From positions 1 to 40,642 of the IMG/VR virus record IMGVR_UViG_3300030433_002216: a stretch of DNA of 40,642 nucleotides. One strand, 5' to 3'. Every line of letters begins with the position of its first letter. Position 1 is the first letter of the stretch. The notes under the pieces are model-generated. The model was not told the DNA's origin and did no database searches. It saw nothing but the letters and a program-made list of their open reading frames with translations. Positions 18,732 to 26,505 of this stretch are shown here, in pieces. The position numbers and the translations under genes were made by a program. Origin of the DNA: a virus. Taxonomy: Duplodnaviria; Caudoviricetes.

Positions 18732-19600
18732 TGGGATCAAAACCAGTAACAAATACTGAAAAACTCGTAGTAGGTCCAGTAGATTTTTCCTTTATACCTA
18801 CGACTCCTGCTGTTCCTGGAACAGGTGTAATCAATGGACCTTTGTGGATTGGTGCTGCTGGTCCGCCGCTTCCTCTTGCTAACTGCATGATTGGACCTGG
18901 AATCGCTAACCCGATTTCACTACAAATTATTGGAATTGCAAATCATTACGGAATCTATAATAGATTTGCAATCTCCAATGTTACTGGATTAACTTCCAAA
19001 GTTGGCATGACTCTTAGAGCTGCTCTAAGTGCCACAACTGGAATCAATGTTAAATCTGCACTTAATGCTGGTTCTTCAGTTAATGTTTTCAAGACAATCA
19101 TTTGTGATACCGTATGTAGCTCTGCAACTTTTGTTGGTAGTATTGTCACCACAACGGGATTAAATCCTCAGATGCTTGCAGTTAAAGCTCTTGCTGCATC
19201 TAAAAAGTCTTTTGATATTCCACACCCAACGAAAGAAAATCATAGACTTAGACATATTTGTTTGGAAGGTCCGAGTGCAGAAGTTTATGTTCGTGGAAAA
19301 TCCAAGTCTAATGTAATTGCTCTACCAGAATACTGGAGAGGTCTTGTAGATCCAGAATCCATTACAGTTTCTTTGACTTCAGTTGGTCAGGATCAGAATT
19401 TATATGTAAAAAATATCGACGATAATCTCGTTTACATTGGTGGTGGAATCACTATTCAGGGTCAAAAACATTTTGATTTCCACTATACAATCTTCGCAGA
19501 AAGAAGAGATGTTGAAAAGAACATTGCAGAGTATAAGGGCTTGACACCTGCTGATTACCCAGGAGATAATAACGAATATACCATTAACGATAATAAGTGA
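18731..19600 (+). CDS. Virion spike/fibre-like protein with a C-terminal chaperone-like domain
   Basis: Gly/Ala/Thr-rich strands, then KSFDIPHP....RLRHICLEGP...VYVRG...LPEYW..LVD...ITV.LT, a block I recognise from phage fibre C-termini. Confidence 0.6.
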   Translation: MGSKPVTNTEKLVVGPVDFSFIPTTPAVPGTGVINGPLWIGAAGPPLPLANCMIGPGIANPISLQIIGIANHYGIYNRFAISNVTGLTSKVGMTLRAALSATTGINVKSALNAGSSVNVFKTIICDTVCSSATFVGSIVTTTGLNPQMLAVKALAASKKSFDIPHPTKENHRLRHICLEGPSAEVYVRGKSKSNVIALPEYWRGLVDPESITVSLTSVGQDQNLYVKNIDDNLVYIGGGITIQGQKHFDFHYTIFAERRDVEKNIAEYKGLTPADYPGDNNEYTINDNK

Positions 19601-20271
19601 ATAAAGTACATGAAGTATTTCCCTTGATTGTATATCAGGGATCTATAGAATGCCATTCGTATATGAAGAAACACATCAGTACTCTTCGTGATTACTGGTT
19701 TAATGGTTATGACAATGAAAGTCCAGAATATTCTGGGAAGATCTTTGCTCACCAAAAAGAGTATTGCAAACCCTTCTTTCATGACTTGAAAGTTAATATC
19801 GACAACTACATGCAACACTTAAATGTGAATCATGAGTTGTTTGATTACCATGTCACTAAATCTTGGGTTGGGTATCATAAGGATAATGAAACTCCTTCGA
19901 TCCCAGCACACTTTCACAACGAATCTAATCTTAGTTTTGTGTATTATGTACACACTAATGAGTCTTCAGATAAGTTCTGTGTGAGTCAACCAAGAAACAG
20001 AAATGAATTTGCTGGTGGATTATTCGAGACTGCACATGAGAAAAATACGTTACTCGGTTACAATCGTTATAATTGTAATTTCTATACTATTACACCTATC
20101 GAAGGGTCAATCATAATCTTTCCAAGTAGTTTAACTCATGGAACTCAAAAGATTAGGGACAGAACTGACGAAAGACTTGTAATTGCTGGTGATGTTCGTG
20201 TGACTCTCAAACCAGAACATTATAAACACCATCAAGGATCAACACATCCTTCTCAATGGTTATCTCTATGA
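19597..20271 (+). CDS. 2OG-Fe(II) oxygenase (TIGR02466-like, HxH type)
   Basis: VFP..VY, KSWV, H.H..S.LSFVYY, P.EG.IIIFPS.L.H, R.VIA.D. Confidence 0.85.
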   Translation: MNKVHEVFPLIVYQGSIECHSYMKKHISTLRDYWFNGYDNESPEYSGKIFAHQKEYCKPFFHDLKVNIDNYMQHLNVNHELFDYHVTKSWVGYHKDNETPSIPAHFHNESNLSFVYYVHTNESSDKFCVSQPRNRNEFAGGLFETAHEKNTLLGYNRYNCNFYTITPIEGSIIIFPSSLTHGTQKIRDRTDERLVIAGDVRVTLKPEHYKHHQGSTHPSQWLSL

Positions 20272-20594
20272 CATGTTATAAATTCGTGACTGATGATCGT
20301 GAACCAGTGATGGTTATGCACCAGGATATATGTTATCCACCTGCTAATCCAGATCTAGTAGATCAAGTTGATACCTCTTATCCTGGTATTCTTATCAAAT
20401 ATGAAAATGGGTATTTGTTAGAAGATGGTGTTCATAGAGTTGCAAAGTTACAAAAACAAGGAATCTTTGAATCGTTGTTCTACATTGTAACACTGGAAGA
20501 ATATGCGAAAGGTGTTGTTCATATGATGTTCCAAGGGGAACCAATTCCATTAGGAGAGTGGAATAATAACAAACTATCTCCAATGTCTCACTAA
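20268..20594 (+). CDS. Small ParB/Srx-like domain protein
   Basis: D.SYPGIL......YLLEDGVHRVAK; ATGA-coupled to the oxygenase stop. Confidence 0.6.
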   Translation: MTCYKFVTDDREPVMVMHQDICYPPANPDLVDQVDTSYPGILIKYENGYLLEDGVHRVAKLQKQGIFESLFYIVTLEEYAKGVVHMMFQGEPIPLGEWNNNKLSPMSH

Positions 20595-20597
20595 ATA
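20590..20597 (+). promoter_or_regulatory. Late promoter variant
   Basis: ACTAAATA 22 nt before ATG 20620. Confidence 0.6.
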
Positions 20598-20619
20598 TTC
20601 TTATACCCACTCGTAAATT

Positions 20620-22335
20620 ATGGCTACAGGAATCGGAACTACTGCACAGGTGCAATCATCGACAACTGATTCTCAGGTGTTAATTCAGAGTACCTTGGGT
20701 TTAAGTACGTCTACTTCTGGAAAGAAGAAAGATCGTATTGTTGACTCTTTAAAAGCTGATCAGAAATCTAAAGAGGAACAACTACAACAAATTAAGGATC
20801 TTGTCTTACTTATTGACATTGATCTGGATATGTACGATGAGTTGATTGTTAATATTGATAAACAGATCCCATCATTGATAAAAGAGATCAATGATGCAAC
20901 TGATGAAGTAGATGCTGCATATGAAGCAAGAATTGCTCAAGACGTAAGATCTGAACTTAAATGGGTAGTTACAGGTCAAACGAAAAACTTTACTAAAGGT
21001 GGTGCAAACAATACCACTACCACTACATGGCAAGTAGTCAAGAACAATACTAAACAAACAATCAATAAGTACGCTGCAAAGTATTATAAAACTCCAAAAG
21101 ATAGAGATTATGGAGGATCTGCGGTCAGAGATATTGATGACGCAAAGATTGGATTTGAAAGTACCATCTTACAAAGTAATAGATCTGAAAAAGATGGGAA
21201 TGGAAAATTCTTAGATCACATTGATATTGAGATTGGTGATACAATTACCGACTCCATTGAAAATCCTCAGATCTTTACTGTGGGTAATTTGCCTGAGGTA
21301 GTTGGATTTGGAACAACCAGTGTTCTTGGAATTAAAACTACCTTTAGTGGAAACATTGCATTTGGTTCTACTGTTATTGCTTATGCAGGTATCAATACTA
21401 CCGCTGGTATCGCTGTAGGAGATCCCATCAGTCTTACTAATGTCACCCAAGATGATACTGTAGTTGTAGGTATTGCCACTACAACCACTAATCTTGTTGG
21501 TGAAAATACTTTGGGTGTAACTACCAGTGTTGAAGTAGATACTACCGCAGTAATTATCAGTAAAACTGCAGTTGGTGCAACTGATAATGCGATATTTAAT
21601 GTTGGTATCTTTACCGATTTCCCAACATTTACTTTATCAGATCAGGCTGCTCAGGGTACAGACTCTGATAATTTCCATGTATTGAGATTCACTAATGATG
21701 CTGATATTGGACCAGACTTTGATGTGACGAGAGGTGGAGAAAATCCAGTAGAAGTTGGAATTATTCAGGATGCTAATAAGACGGGATATGGTCGTTCAAT
21801 CTACCTTGTAAACAATGGAGATCCAACAGGTACAAAATCCTTTACTGAATTTGTAGATCCAGAACCTAAAGTTGGTGGTGGATTTGTGTCATATTATGTG
21901 GGTAATTTTGAGTGGCCCATTAAAGCTATCCCCCAAGGTATCAATATGAATACTGGTCAACCATCCTATTGGACCTATGAATATCAAGATTTAGGATCAA
22001 CTTTGGTTGTTGTAACTGGTGCTGGTGCTACTACACCATCTGCTGGTGCTGGAACTACAGATGCTGGTGAATTAAATCCCTCCCAACAAGTAAAAGATGC
22101 TGCAGATGCACTCATTGCAACAAAAGAAGCTGCTCTTGCCTCTATCAAAGCAAAAAATCTTCCCAAGATTAATGATCTGATCGCTAAGTCAAAAGCTCTG
22201 AGACGTATCAGAGACGATAAACAATCCCAAGCATGGAACTATCGTAGAGGTCAGGGAGACCTTATTAACAAGATCAGACAATCAAAACAAGATCAGAAAG
22301 ACTTAACCAAAACCGATCTGGATGAATTTGAGTAA
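20620..22335 (+). CDS. Putative virion structural protein
   Basis: Coiled-coil N- and C-termini flank a Thr/Gly-rich beta region with G[IFV]xTT motifs; late promoter upstream. Confidence 0.65.
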   Translation: MATGIGTTAQVQSSTTDSQVLIQSTLGLSTSTSGKKKDRIVDSLKADQKSKEEQLQQIKDLVLLIDIDLDMYDELIVNIDKQIPSLIKEINDATDEVDAAYEARIAQDVRSELKWVVTGQTKNFTKGGANNTTTTTWQVVKNNTKQTINKYAAKYYKTPKDRDYGGSAVRDIDDAKIGFESTILQSNRSEKDGNGKFLDHIDIEIGDTITDSIENPQIFTVGNLPEVVGFGTTSVLGIKTTFSGNIAFGSTVIAYAGINTTAGIAVGDPISLTNVTQDDTVVVGIATTTTNLVGENTLGVTTSVEVDTTAVIISKTAVGATDNAIFNVGIFTDFPTFTLSDQAAQGTDSDNFHVLRFTNDADIGPDFDVTRGGENPVEVGIIQDANKTGYGRSIYLVNNGDPTGTKSFTEFVDPEPKVGGGFVSYYVGNFEWPIKAIPQGINMNTGQPSYWTYEYQDLGSTLVVVTGAGATTPSAGAGTTDAGELNPSQQVKDAADALIATKEAALASIKAKNLPKINDLIAKSKALRRIRDDKQSQAWNYRRGQGDLINKIRQSKQDQKDLTKTDLDEFE

Positions 22336-22340
22336 ACCCC

Positions 22341-22369
22341 TTGACAGGGGTAGTGGACTCGTGTAGTAT
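22341..22369 (+). promoter_or_regulatory. Sigma70-type promoter for the small ORF / PLP / radical SAM operon
   Basis: TTGACA (22341)-N17-TAGTAT (22364); the -35 sits in the loop of ACCCC...GGGGT. Confidence 0.8.
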
Positions 22370-22391
22370 AAGTCTGAACTGCCACTGGTCC

Positions 22392-22562
22392 ATGATCACT
22401 GATCGCGAAACCCTTAACGCTCTGCGTCAACTCCATGAGGACACCGCAGAGTATTTTTGTGACGATAATTTCCCCATGAGTGGAGAACTCTACTGGACAA
22501 TGGTAGAGTGTCTTGCATCTGCAAAACTCGCAGAACTTGAGGGTGAGGTTCTTGCAGAATGA
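22392..22562 (+). CDS. Hypothetical protein (56 aa)
   Basis: MITDRETLNALRQLHEDTAEYFCD...; start moved to ATG 22392, downstream of the promoter. Confidence 0.7.
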   Translation: MITDRETLNALRQLHEDTAEYFCDDNFPMSGELYWTMVECLASAKLAELEGEVLAE

Positions 22563-22720
22563 AGTACGCTGTCCAATACGACAAACCAAAGAAGAAAGGT
22601 CATGCACGTCAAAGTGCCGTATTCTTTGACATTCGTGACGCAATGATGTGGGAACGACACATCAGAAACGAAACAAATTGCAGTAACATTGAACTAGTGC
22701 CATTTTACACAGATGTTTGA
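22559..22720 (+). CDS. Hypothetical protein (53 aa, not in the ORF track)
   Basis: MKYAVQYDKPKKKGHARQSAVFFDIRDAMMWERHIRNETNCSNIELVPFYTDV; GAGG SD and ATGA overlap with the previous stop. Confidence 0.7.
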   Translation: MKYAVQYDKPKKKGHARQSAVFFDIRDAMMWERHIRNETNCSNIELVPFYTDV

Positions 22721-23615
22721 AAGAGTTTCCTGGTACAAACCAAGTGTTGAAGATCAACGAATCAACCTGTCTAATAATGTTTGTTATGATCTTCCACACC
22801 AAGGTAGAGTAGATGCTCTCCTTAGACTCTCACACAAAGGAGGATACAATCAATATCCTCAAGAGTCTAAGATCTATGAACATTTGAGTGATTACTATGG
22901 TGTTCCTGCACAAAATATGGCTGTTGGTCTAGGTCTGGGGGAACTTATTCCTCGGATCTTTAACATTTTCAGGGACAAAAAGTTTTCTATTGTCACTCCT
23001 ACTTGGCAGATGGCAACAGGATTCTGTGAAGTCAACTGCATCGAATATACTGAAGGAGTTGATCTAAACGCTGATATTCTATACATTGCGAATCCTAACG
23101 GATTGAATGGATCTGTAGTGGATCGAGATATACTAGAGTCATTCTTTGATGCCTTTGAATATGTCATTGTTGACGAATCTTATGAAGATTTTTGTAGACC
23201 CACCAGCTCAGTTATCGATCGGGCTATTACCCGTGACAACGTTCTCGTATGTAAAACTTTTAGCAAGTCTCTTGCTCTTCCTGGTCTTCGCTTCGGTTAT
23301 TGTTTTGGTCACCCTGATGTTATTTTTAGACTTCAGCAATTACGCCCTTCTGGGGTGGTAAATAGTGTAGTGGAAAGTGTAGGATTTGAACTATTGTGTC
23401 TGATCCAAGAACACACAAACAGAATGGTAGAGACTCGCGATTACATCGAATCTAAGTATGATTGCGTACCTTCAAATGCCAACTATGTTTTGTTGAAGAA
23501 TGAAGAACCATTCTTGAAACATTTCCGATATAAAATCATCAACGGGCTTCATCGGTTGTCGTTGACAGATCCAAACACATTCAAGGTTTATGAATCGTTT
23601 TCAGACGTTCACTAA
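22713..23615 (+). CDS. PLP-dependent fold-type I enzyme, HisC/CobD-like (histidinol-phosphate aminotransferase or threonine-phosphate decarboxylase family)
   Basis: INLSNN, YP, YIANPN..NG, VDESY, KTFSKSLALPGLRFGY (Schiff-base Lys), PSNANYVL. Confidence 0.88.
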   Translation: MFERVSWYKPSVEDQRINLSNNVCYDLPHQGRVDALLRLSHKGGYNQYPQESKIYEHLSDYYGVPAQNMAVGLGLGELIPRIFNIFRDKKFSIVTPTWQMATGFCEVNCIEYTEGVDLNADILYIANPNGLNGSVVDRDILESFFDAFEYVIVDESYEDFCRPTSSVIDRAITRDNVLVCKTFSKSLALPGLRFGYCFGHPDVIFRLQQLRPSGVVNSVVESVGFELLCLIQEHTNRMVETRDYIESKYDCVPSNANYVLLKNEEPFLKHFRYKIINGLHRLSLTDPNTFKVYESFSDVH

Positions 23616-24330
23616 AGTAGAGAACGAAAATCTAATCAATTCCACGCTTCGGAGCATTGAGTTGTGCATAACAACTTCGTGCAACCGAGCGTGTTCTTTT
23701 TGCCCACATGCCTGGGGATTTAAGACTGAGGATACTAGAGAAAAGTTTGTATCTATGGATGTTGTCGATAGATTTATCGAAATTACATCCGAATACAAGA
23801 ACCAAGTGACACTATGTGGGATGGGAGAACCTACTCTACATCCACAAATCAAAGAGATACTTGATAAATTCCAAGACGTAGACTATAAGGTCATTCTTGT
23901 TACTAATGGATATAAACTAGAAGAAGTTGTTTCACATCTAGGCAATATTCGTCCAAGGGTTAGTCTCTATGAACCCATGGAACTTCCAGATATTGATATG
24001 GATGTAATCAATTACTATGAAGAAGGTGAGAATGTAAACTTCAATCAGAGAAGTTATGCTGAAGGTATCAAGAAACCTTGTTATCTTCCTTCATATAAAA
24101 TGGTGGTTGATACTACTGGAGGAATCTTACCTTGTGATAATAATTGGCAGGAAGTAGAGTATCTCGCTAACATCTTTGATGATACATTGGAATCTGCATG
24201 GTTAGATAAGATGAATCCTTTCCGTACTAATTGTGCAAAAGATCGATCCCTTAATGAGTATTGTCGCAACTGCGATGCAGATGGTGTTTTATATGGATTT
24301 GAGGAAATGAAAATGTTGACGGGGCAATGA
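23590..24330 (+). CDS. Radical SAM protein with a SPASM/twitch domain
   Basis: CNRACSFC (CxxxCxxC), GMGEPTLHP, VTNG, and C-terminal PC..P......D..G.ILPC...NI....L...W...CRNC. Confidence 0.92.
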   Translation: MNRFQTFTKVENENLINSTLRSIELCITTSCNRACSFCPHAWGFKTEDTREKFVSMDVVDRFIEITSEYKNQVTLCGMGEPTLHPQIKEILDKFQDVDYKVILVTNGYKLEEVVSHLGNIRPRVSLYEPMELPDIDMDVINYYEEGENVNFNQRSYAEGIKKPCYLPSYKMVVDTTGGILPCDNNWQEVEYLANIFDDTLESAWLDKMNPFRTNCAKDRSLNEYCRNCDADGVLYGFEEMKMLTGQ

Positions 24331-25121
24331 GAATATCATTAATCAATGATTCCACTGGGAACGAATTGCCATCAAAAAGTATTAACGTATTCAAAATAAA
24401 ATGCATCAAAGATGTAAAGATCAATAAGAGACAAGTTCTAGAAGCATTTGATCTATTCAAAAAAGATATTAATGAAGAACGAACTTTTACTGAAGAAGAG
24501 TTAGAAACTAAACAAAGATTAGTATCCGAAAATAGTTTTTGTCCAAAAACTGGTAAACTAACAGGTTCTAGAAGAAAACATAAGACTCAATCATACTTCA
24601 CTAAACTACCATTTCTTTACGTCGATTTAGAAGACGATGGCACGTTTCAGTACCCATACATATATTCTCCATTTAGGGAATCAAGTAGATTGTTATGTAG
24701 TGGTCATGGAAGATCACTAATAAACTTCAGATACTTTCCAGATATGACTAATGATGTTGTAGATCAACATCCAGACTGGGGTATTGGAGGCTTTGAAGTT
24801 ATAGAGGAGGTTGTTGACTTTGTTTCAAACAACAAATACTGGAAAGATAAAAACCCAGAAGTTTGTATTATTGGACTTTTAGAACATGGTGGTATCTGGT
24901 ATACGAATCATATTGATTTTGTATCAGAAGATTACGCAAATAATCATGCAAACTTTAGACCACAATACTTTGCTGAAATGACATGTAAACTTGATCTGTG
25001 GGAAATGCAGAGAAATTACATACTCAGTGTAAATGGTAAGTTAAACATAAAAGAAATGTTGGACTCTCTTGTCCTACCCCATTTAGATTATGTAAGACAA
25101 GACTATGACTGGAAAGTCTAG
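24327..25121 (+). CDS. Hypothetical protein, possibly with a degenerate ParB/Srx-like motif
   Basis: ATGA-coupled to the radical SAM gene. DG.FQYPYI........LLCSGHGR resembles G...P.....GhhR. Confidence 0.6.
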   Translation: MRISLINDSTGNELPSKSINVFKIKCIKDVKINKRQVLEAFDLFKKDINEERTFTEEELETKQRLVSENSFCPKTGKLTGSRRKHKTQSYFTKLPFLYVDLEDDGTFQYPYIYSPFRESSRLLCSGHGRSLINFRYFPDMTNDVVDQHPDWGIGGFEVIEEVVDFVSNNKYWKDKNPEVCIIGLLEHGGIWYTNHIDFVSEDYANNHANFRPQYFAEMTCKLDLWEMQRNYILSVNGKLNIKEMLDSLVLPHLDYVRQDYDWKV

Positions 25122-25150
25122 TTGCCTCAATCATCTACAGATGATATAGT
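25122..25150 (+). promoter_or_regulatory. Sigma70-type promoter with extended -10
   Basis: TTGCCT-N17-TATAGT preceded by TGn; the spacer holds the palindrome TCATCT-AC-AGATGA. Confidence 0.65.
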
Positions 25151-25170
25151 ACACTTGTTAAGAGAAACAC

Positions 25171-25332
25171 ATGCGACCAGAAACCAGAGAATCCATGGAA
25201 ATGTTATTTTCCGCAAAGTGGAACTTGCCCAAAGCTGCTAAGCATTGTAACCTTAGTATCAAGGAAATGAAAATTACTTTCAACGAGTATTGCAACTTCC
25301 ACCCACCAATCTATGATGAAAATTCAGATTGA
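25171..25332 (+). CDS. Small hypothetical protein (53 aa, not in the ORF track)
   Basis: MRPETRESMEMLFSAKWNLPKAAKHCNLSIKEMKITFNEYC...; HTH-like spacing, downstream of the promoter. Confidence 0.7.
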   Translation: MRPETRESMEMLFSAKWNLPKAAKHCNLSIKEMKITFNEYCNFHPPIYDENSD

Positions 25333-25480
25333 ATTATCCAAAGATGTAGATTATCCCAGTGATAAACTGGGTAAGTACATTTGGAATCTAGAAGAAAGTA
25401 ATAATCATGTTACTGGATTTTGTGATTCCATTGGAGAATGTTTTGAAGAAATCATCAGACATGGGAGTGTGGCGGAATAG
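25313..25480 (+). CDS. Small hypothetical protein (55 aa) whose 3' end overlaps tRNA-Leu
   Basis: MMKIQIELSKDVDYPSDKLGKYIWNLEESNNHVTGFCDSIGECFEEIIRHGSVAE; fills the gap before the tRNA. Confidence 0.55.
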   Translation: MMKIQIELSKDVDYPSDKLGKYIWNLEESNNHVTGFCDSIGECFEEIIRHGSVAE

Positions 25481-25547
25481 GTAGACGCACCAGACTTAAA
25501 ATCTGTTGGGCATTATGCCCGTGAGAGTTCAAGTCTCTCTACTCCTA
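25463..25547 (+). tRNA. tRNA-Leu(UAA), no intron, CCA not encoded
   Basis: Acceptor GGGAGTG/TACTCCT, D-loop GGAATAGGTAGAC, anticodon loop CT-TAA-AA, long variable arm GGGCA-TTA-TGCCC, T-arm GAGAG-TTCAAGT-CTCTC. Confidence 0.96.
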
Positions 25548-25548
25548 C

Positions 25549-25556
25549 TATAAATA
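25549..25556 (+). promoter_or_regulatory. Late promoter upstream of cpeT
   Basis: Perfect TATAAATA immediately after the tRNA, 20 nt before ATG 25577. Confidence 0.75.
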
Positions 25557-25576
25557 CCTACAATTAGATTGTTATC

Positions 25577-26065
25577 ATGTCGTTGAAAGAAAAGTTCATC
25601 TCCTGGTTTACTGGGTATTTTAATAATCAACGTCAAGCATTCCACCGCCCACGGGAGTTTGCTATGATCGAACTTACCCATACCGCTGTAGAGGGTGAGG
25701 ATGATACTTTTCGTGTAATGCAAAAGTATATTATTGATCCAGATCCTTATAGACAAGCGATCATCGTGATTGAGGAACAAGGGGAAGATATTCTCTTAAA
25801 GTCTTACAATAATGATGAAGAACGTGCATATAAAGAAGGTTGTGATGTACGTTTTACATATGATGCAGAGTTAGATAGATTCGTGGGTGCAAATCTATGT
25901 GATACATGTATGGTTGAGAGGGTACCTGGAATTCCCTCATATCTAAAGACCGAGGCAGTATTGGGCGAGGATTACTATTCAGTTAAAGATACTGGTCATA
26001 ACCCAGAAACACATGACCAGATCTGGGGATCTCAACACGGATTCTTTGAATTCGATAGGAAGTAA
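25577..26065 (+). CDS. cpeT: CpeT/CpcT-like phycobiliprotein lyase
   Basis: F..WF.G.F.N.RQAF..P..FA.I.L.H, PYRQ, GC.V.F, D.G.......IWGS..G.F.F.R signature. Confidence 0.9.
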   Translation: MSLKEKFISWFTGYFNNQRQAFHRPREFAMIELTHTAVEGEDDTFRVMQKYIIDPDPYRQAIIVIEEQGEDILLKSYNNDEERAYKEGCDVRFTYDAELDRFVGANLCDTCMVERVPGIPSYLKTEAVLGEDYYSVKDTGHNPETHDQIWGSQHGFFEFDRK

Positions 26066-26077
26066 TCCTCACTTCGT

Positions 26078-26150
26078 GCCAATTTAGCTCAGCTGGTAGA
26101 GCAGGGCTTTTGTAAAGCTCAGGTCGTCGGTTCAAGTCCGTCAATTGGCT
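26078..26150 (+). tRNA. tRNA-Thr(UGU), CCA not encoded
   Basis: Acceptor GCCAATT/AATTGGC, D-arm GCTC...GAGC, anticodon arm GGGCT-TT-TGT-AA-AGCTC, T-loop GTTCAAGTC. Confidence 0.96.
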
Positions 26151-26163
26151 TTTAGGAGGATTT

Positions 26164-26376
26164 ATGGTCATCAATCTCTGGTACAATGGTGCAATGGATG
26201 AATGGAGATGGACACTATCAGATCCCAAGAATCTAGATCAACATTCAGGAAATAGAGAAAATATTCGTGATGCAATGAATGATATTGCGAATACAGTGGA
26301 ACATTTAAGGGATGAAAAAGGAGTAAATATGGAGTTAAAGAAACCTACATGTTTGCCAAAAGACTTACATAAGTGA
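26164..26376 (+). CDS. Hypothetical protein (70 aa)
   Basis: Strong AGGAGG SD; INLWY.....EWRWTL motif. Confidence 0.75.
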   Translation: MVINLWYNGAMDEWRWTLSDPKNLDQHSGNRENIRDAMNDIANTVEHLRDEKGVNMELKKPTCLPKDLHK

Positions 26377-26387
26377 TAATATAATAT

Positions 26388-26458
26388 TGGCGATACTCGT
26401 CAGCGACAAATCCCTTCCGTGTGACTTCAAAAACCCTCATGCAAGTGGGGGTTTTTTT
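26388..26458 (+). ncRNA. Candidate ~70-nt small RNA
   Basis: Promoter TTGCCA (26353)-N18-TAATAT (26377) with TGn; 5' hairpin TGGCGA-TAC-TCGTCA; single-stranded CCCTTCCGTGTGAC; ends in a terminator. Confidence 0.5.
26429..26458 (+). terminator. Rho-independent terminator with a GNRA loop
   Basis: AAAAACCCTCAT-GCAA-GTGGGGG-TTTTTTT. Confidence 0.88.
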
Positions 26459-26462
26459 AGTG

Positions 26463-26470
26463 TCTAAATA
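26463..26470 (+). promoter_or_regulatory. Late promoter variant for the tail-fibre gene
   Basis: TCTAAATA 35 nt before ATG 26506. Confidence 0.6.
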
Positions 26471-26505
26471 TAAAAAGAATAGATTTGTCACTATAGGAAA
26501 CCGAG

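Noticed and set aside
25463-25547. Group I intron in tRNA-Leu(UAA), or an att site at the tRNAs
   Set aside because: The anticodon loop is uninterrupted; no integrase or duplicated tRNA 3' end was seen.
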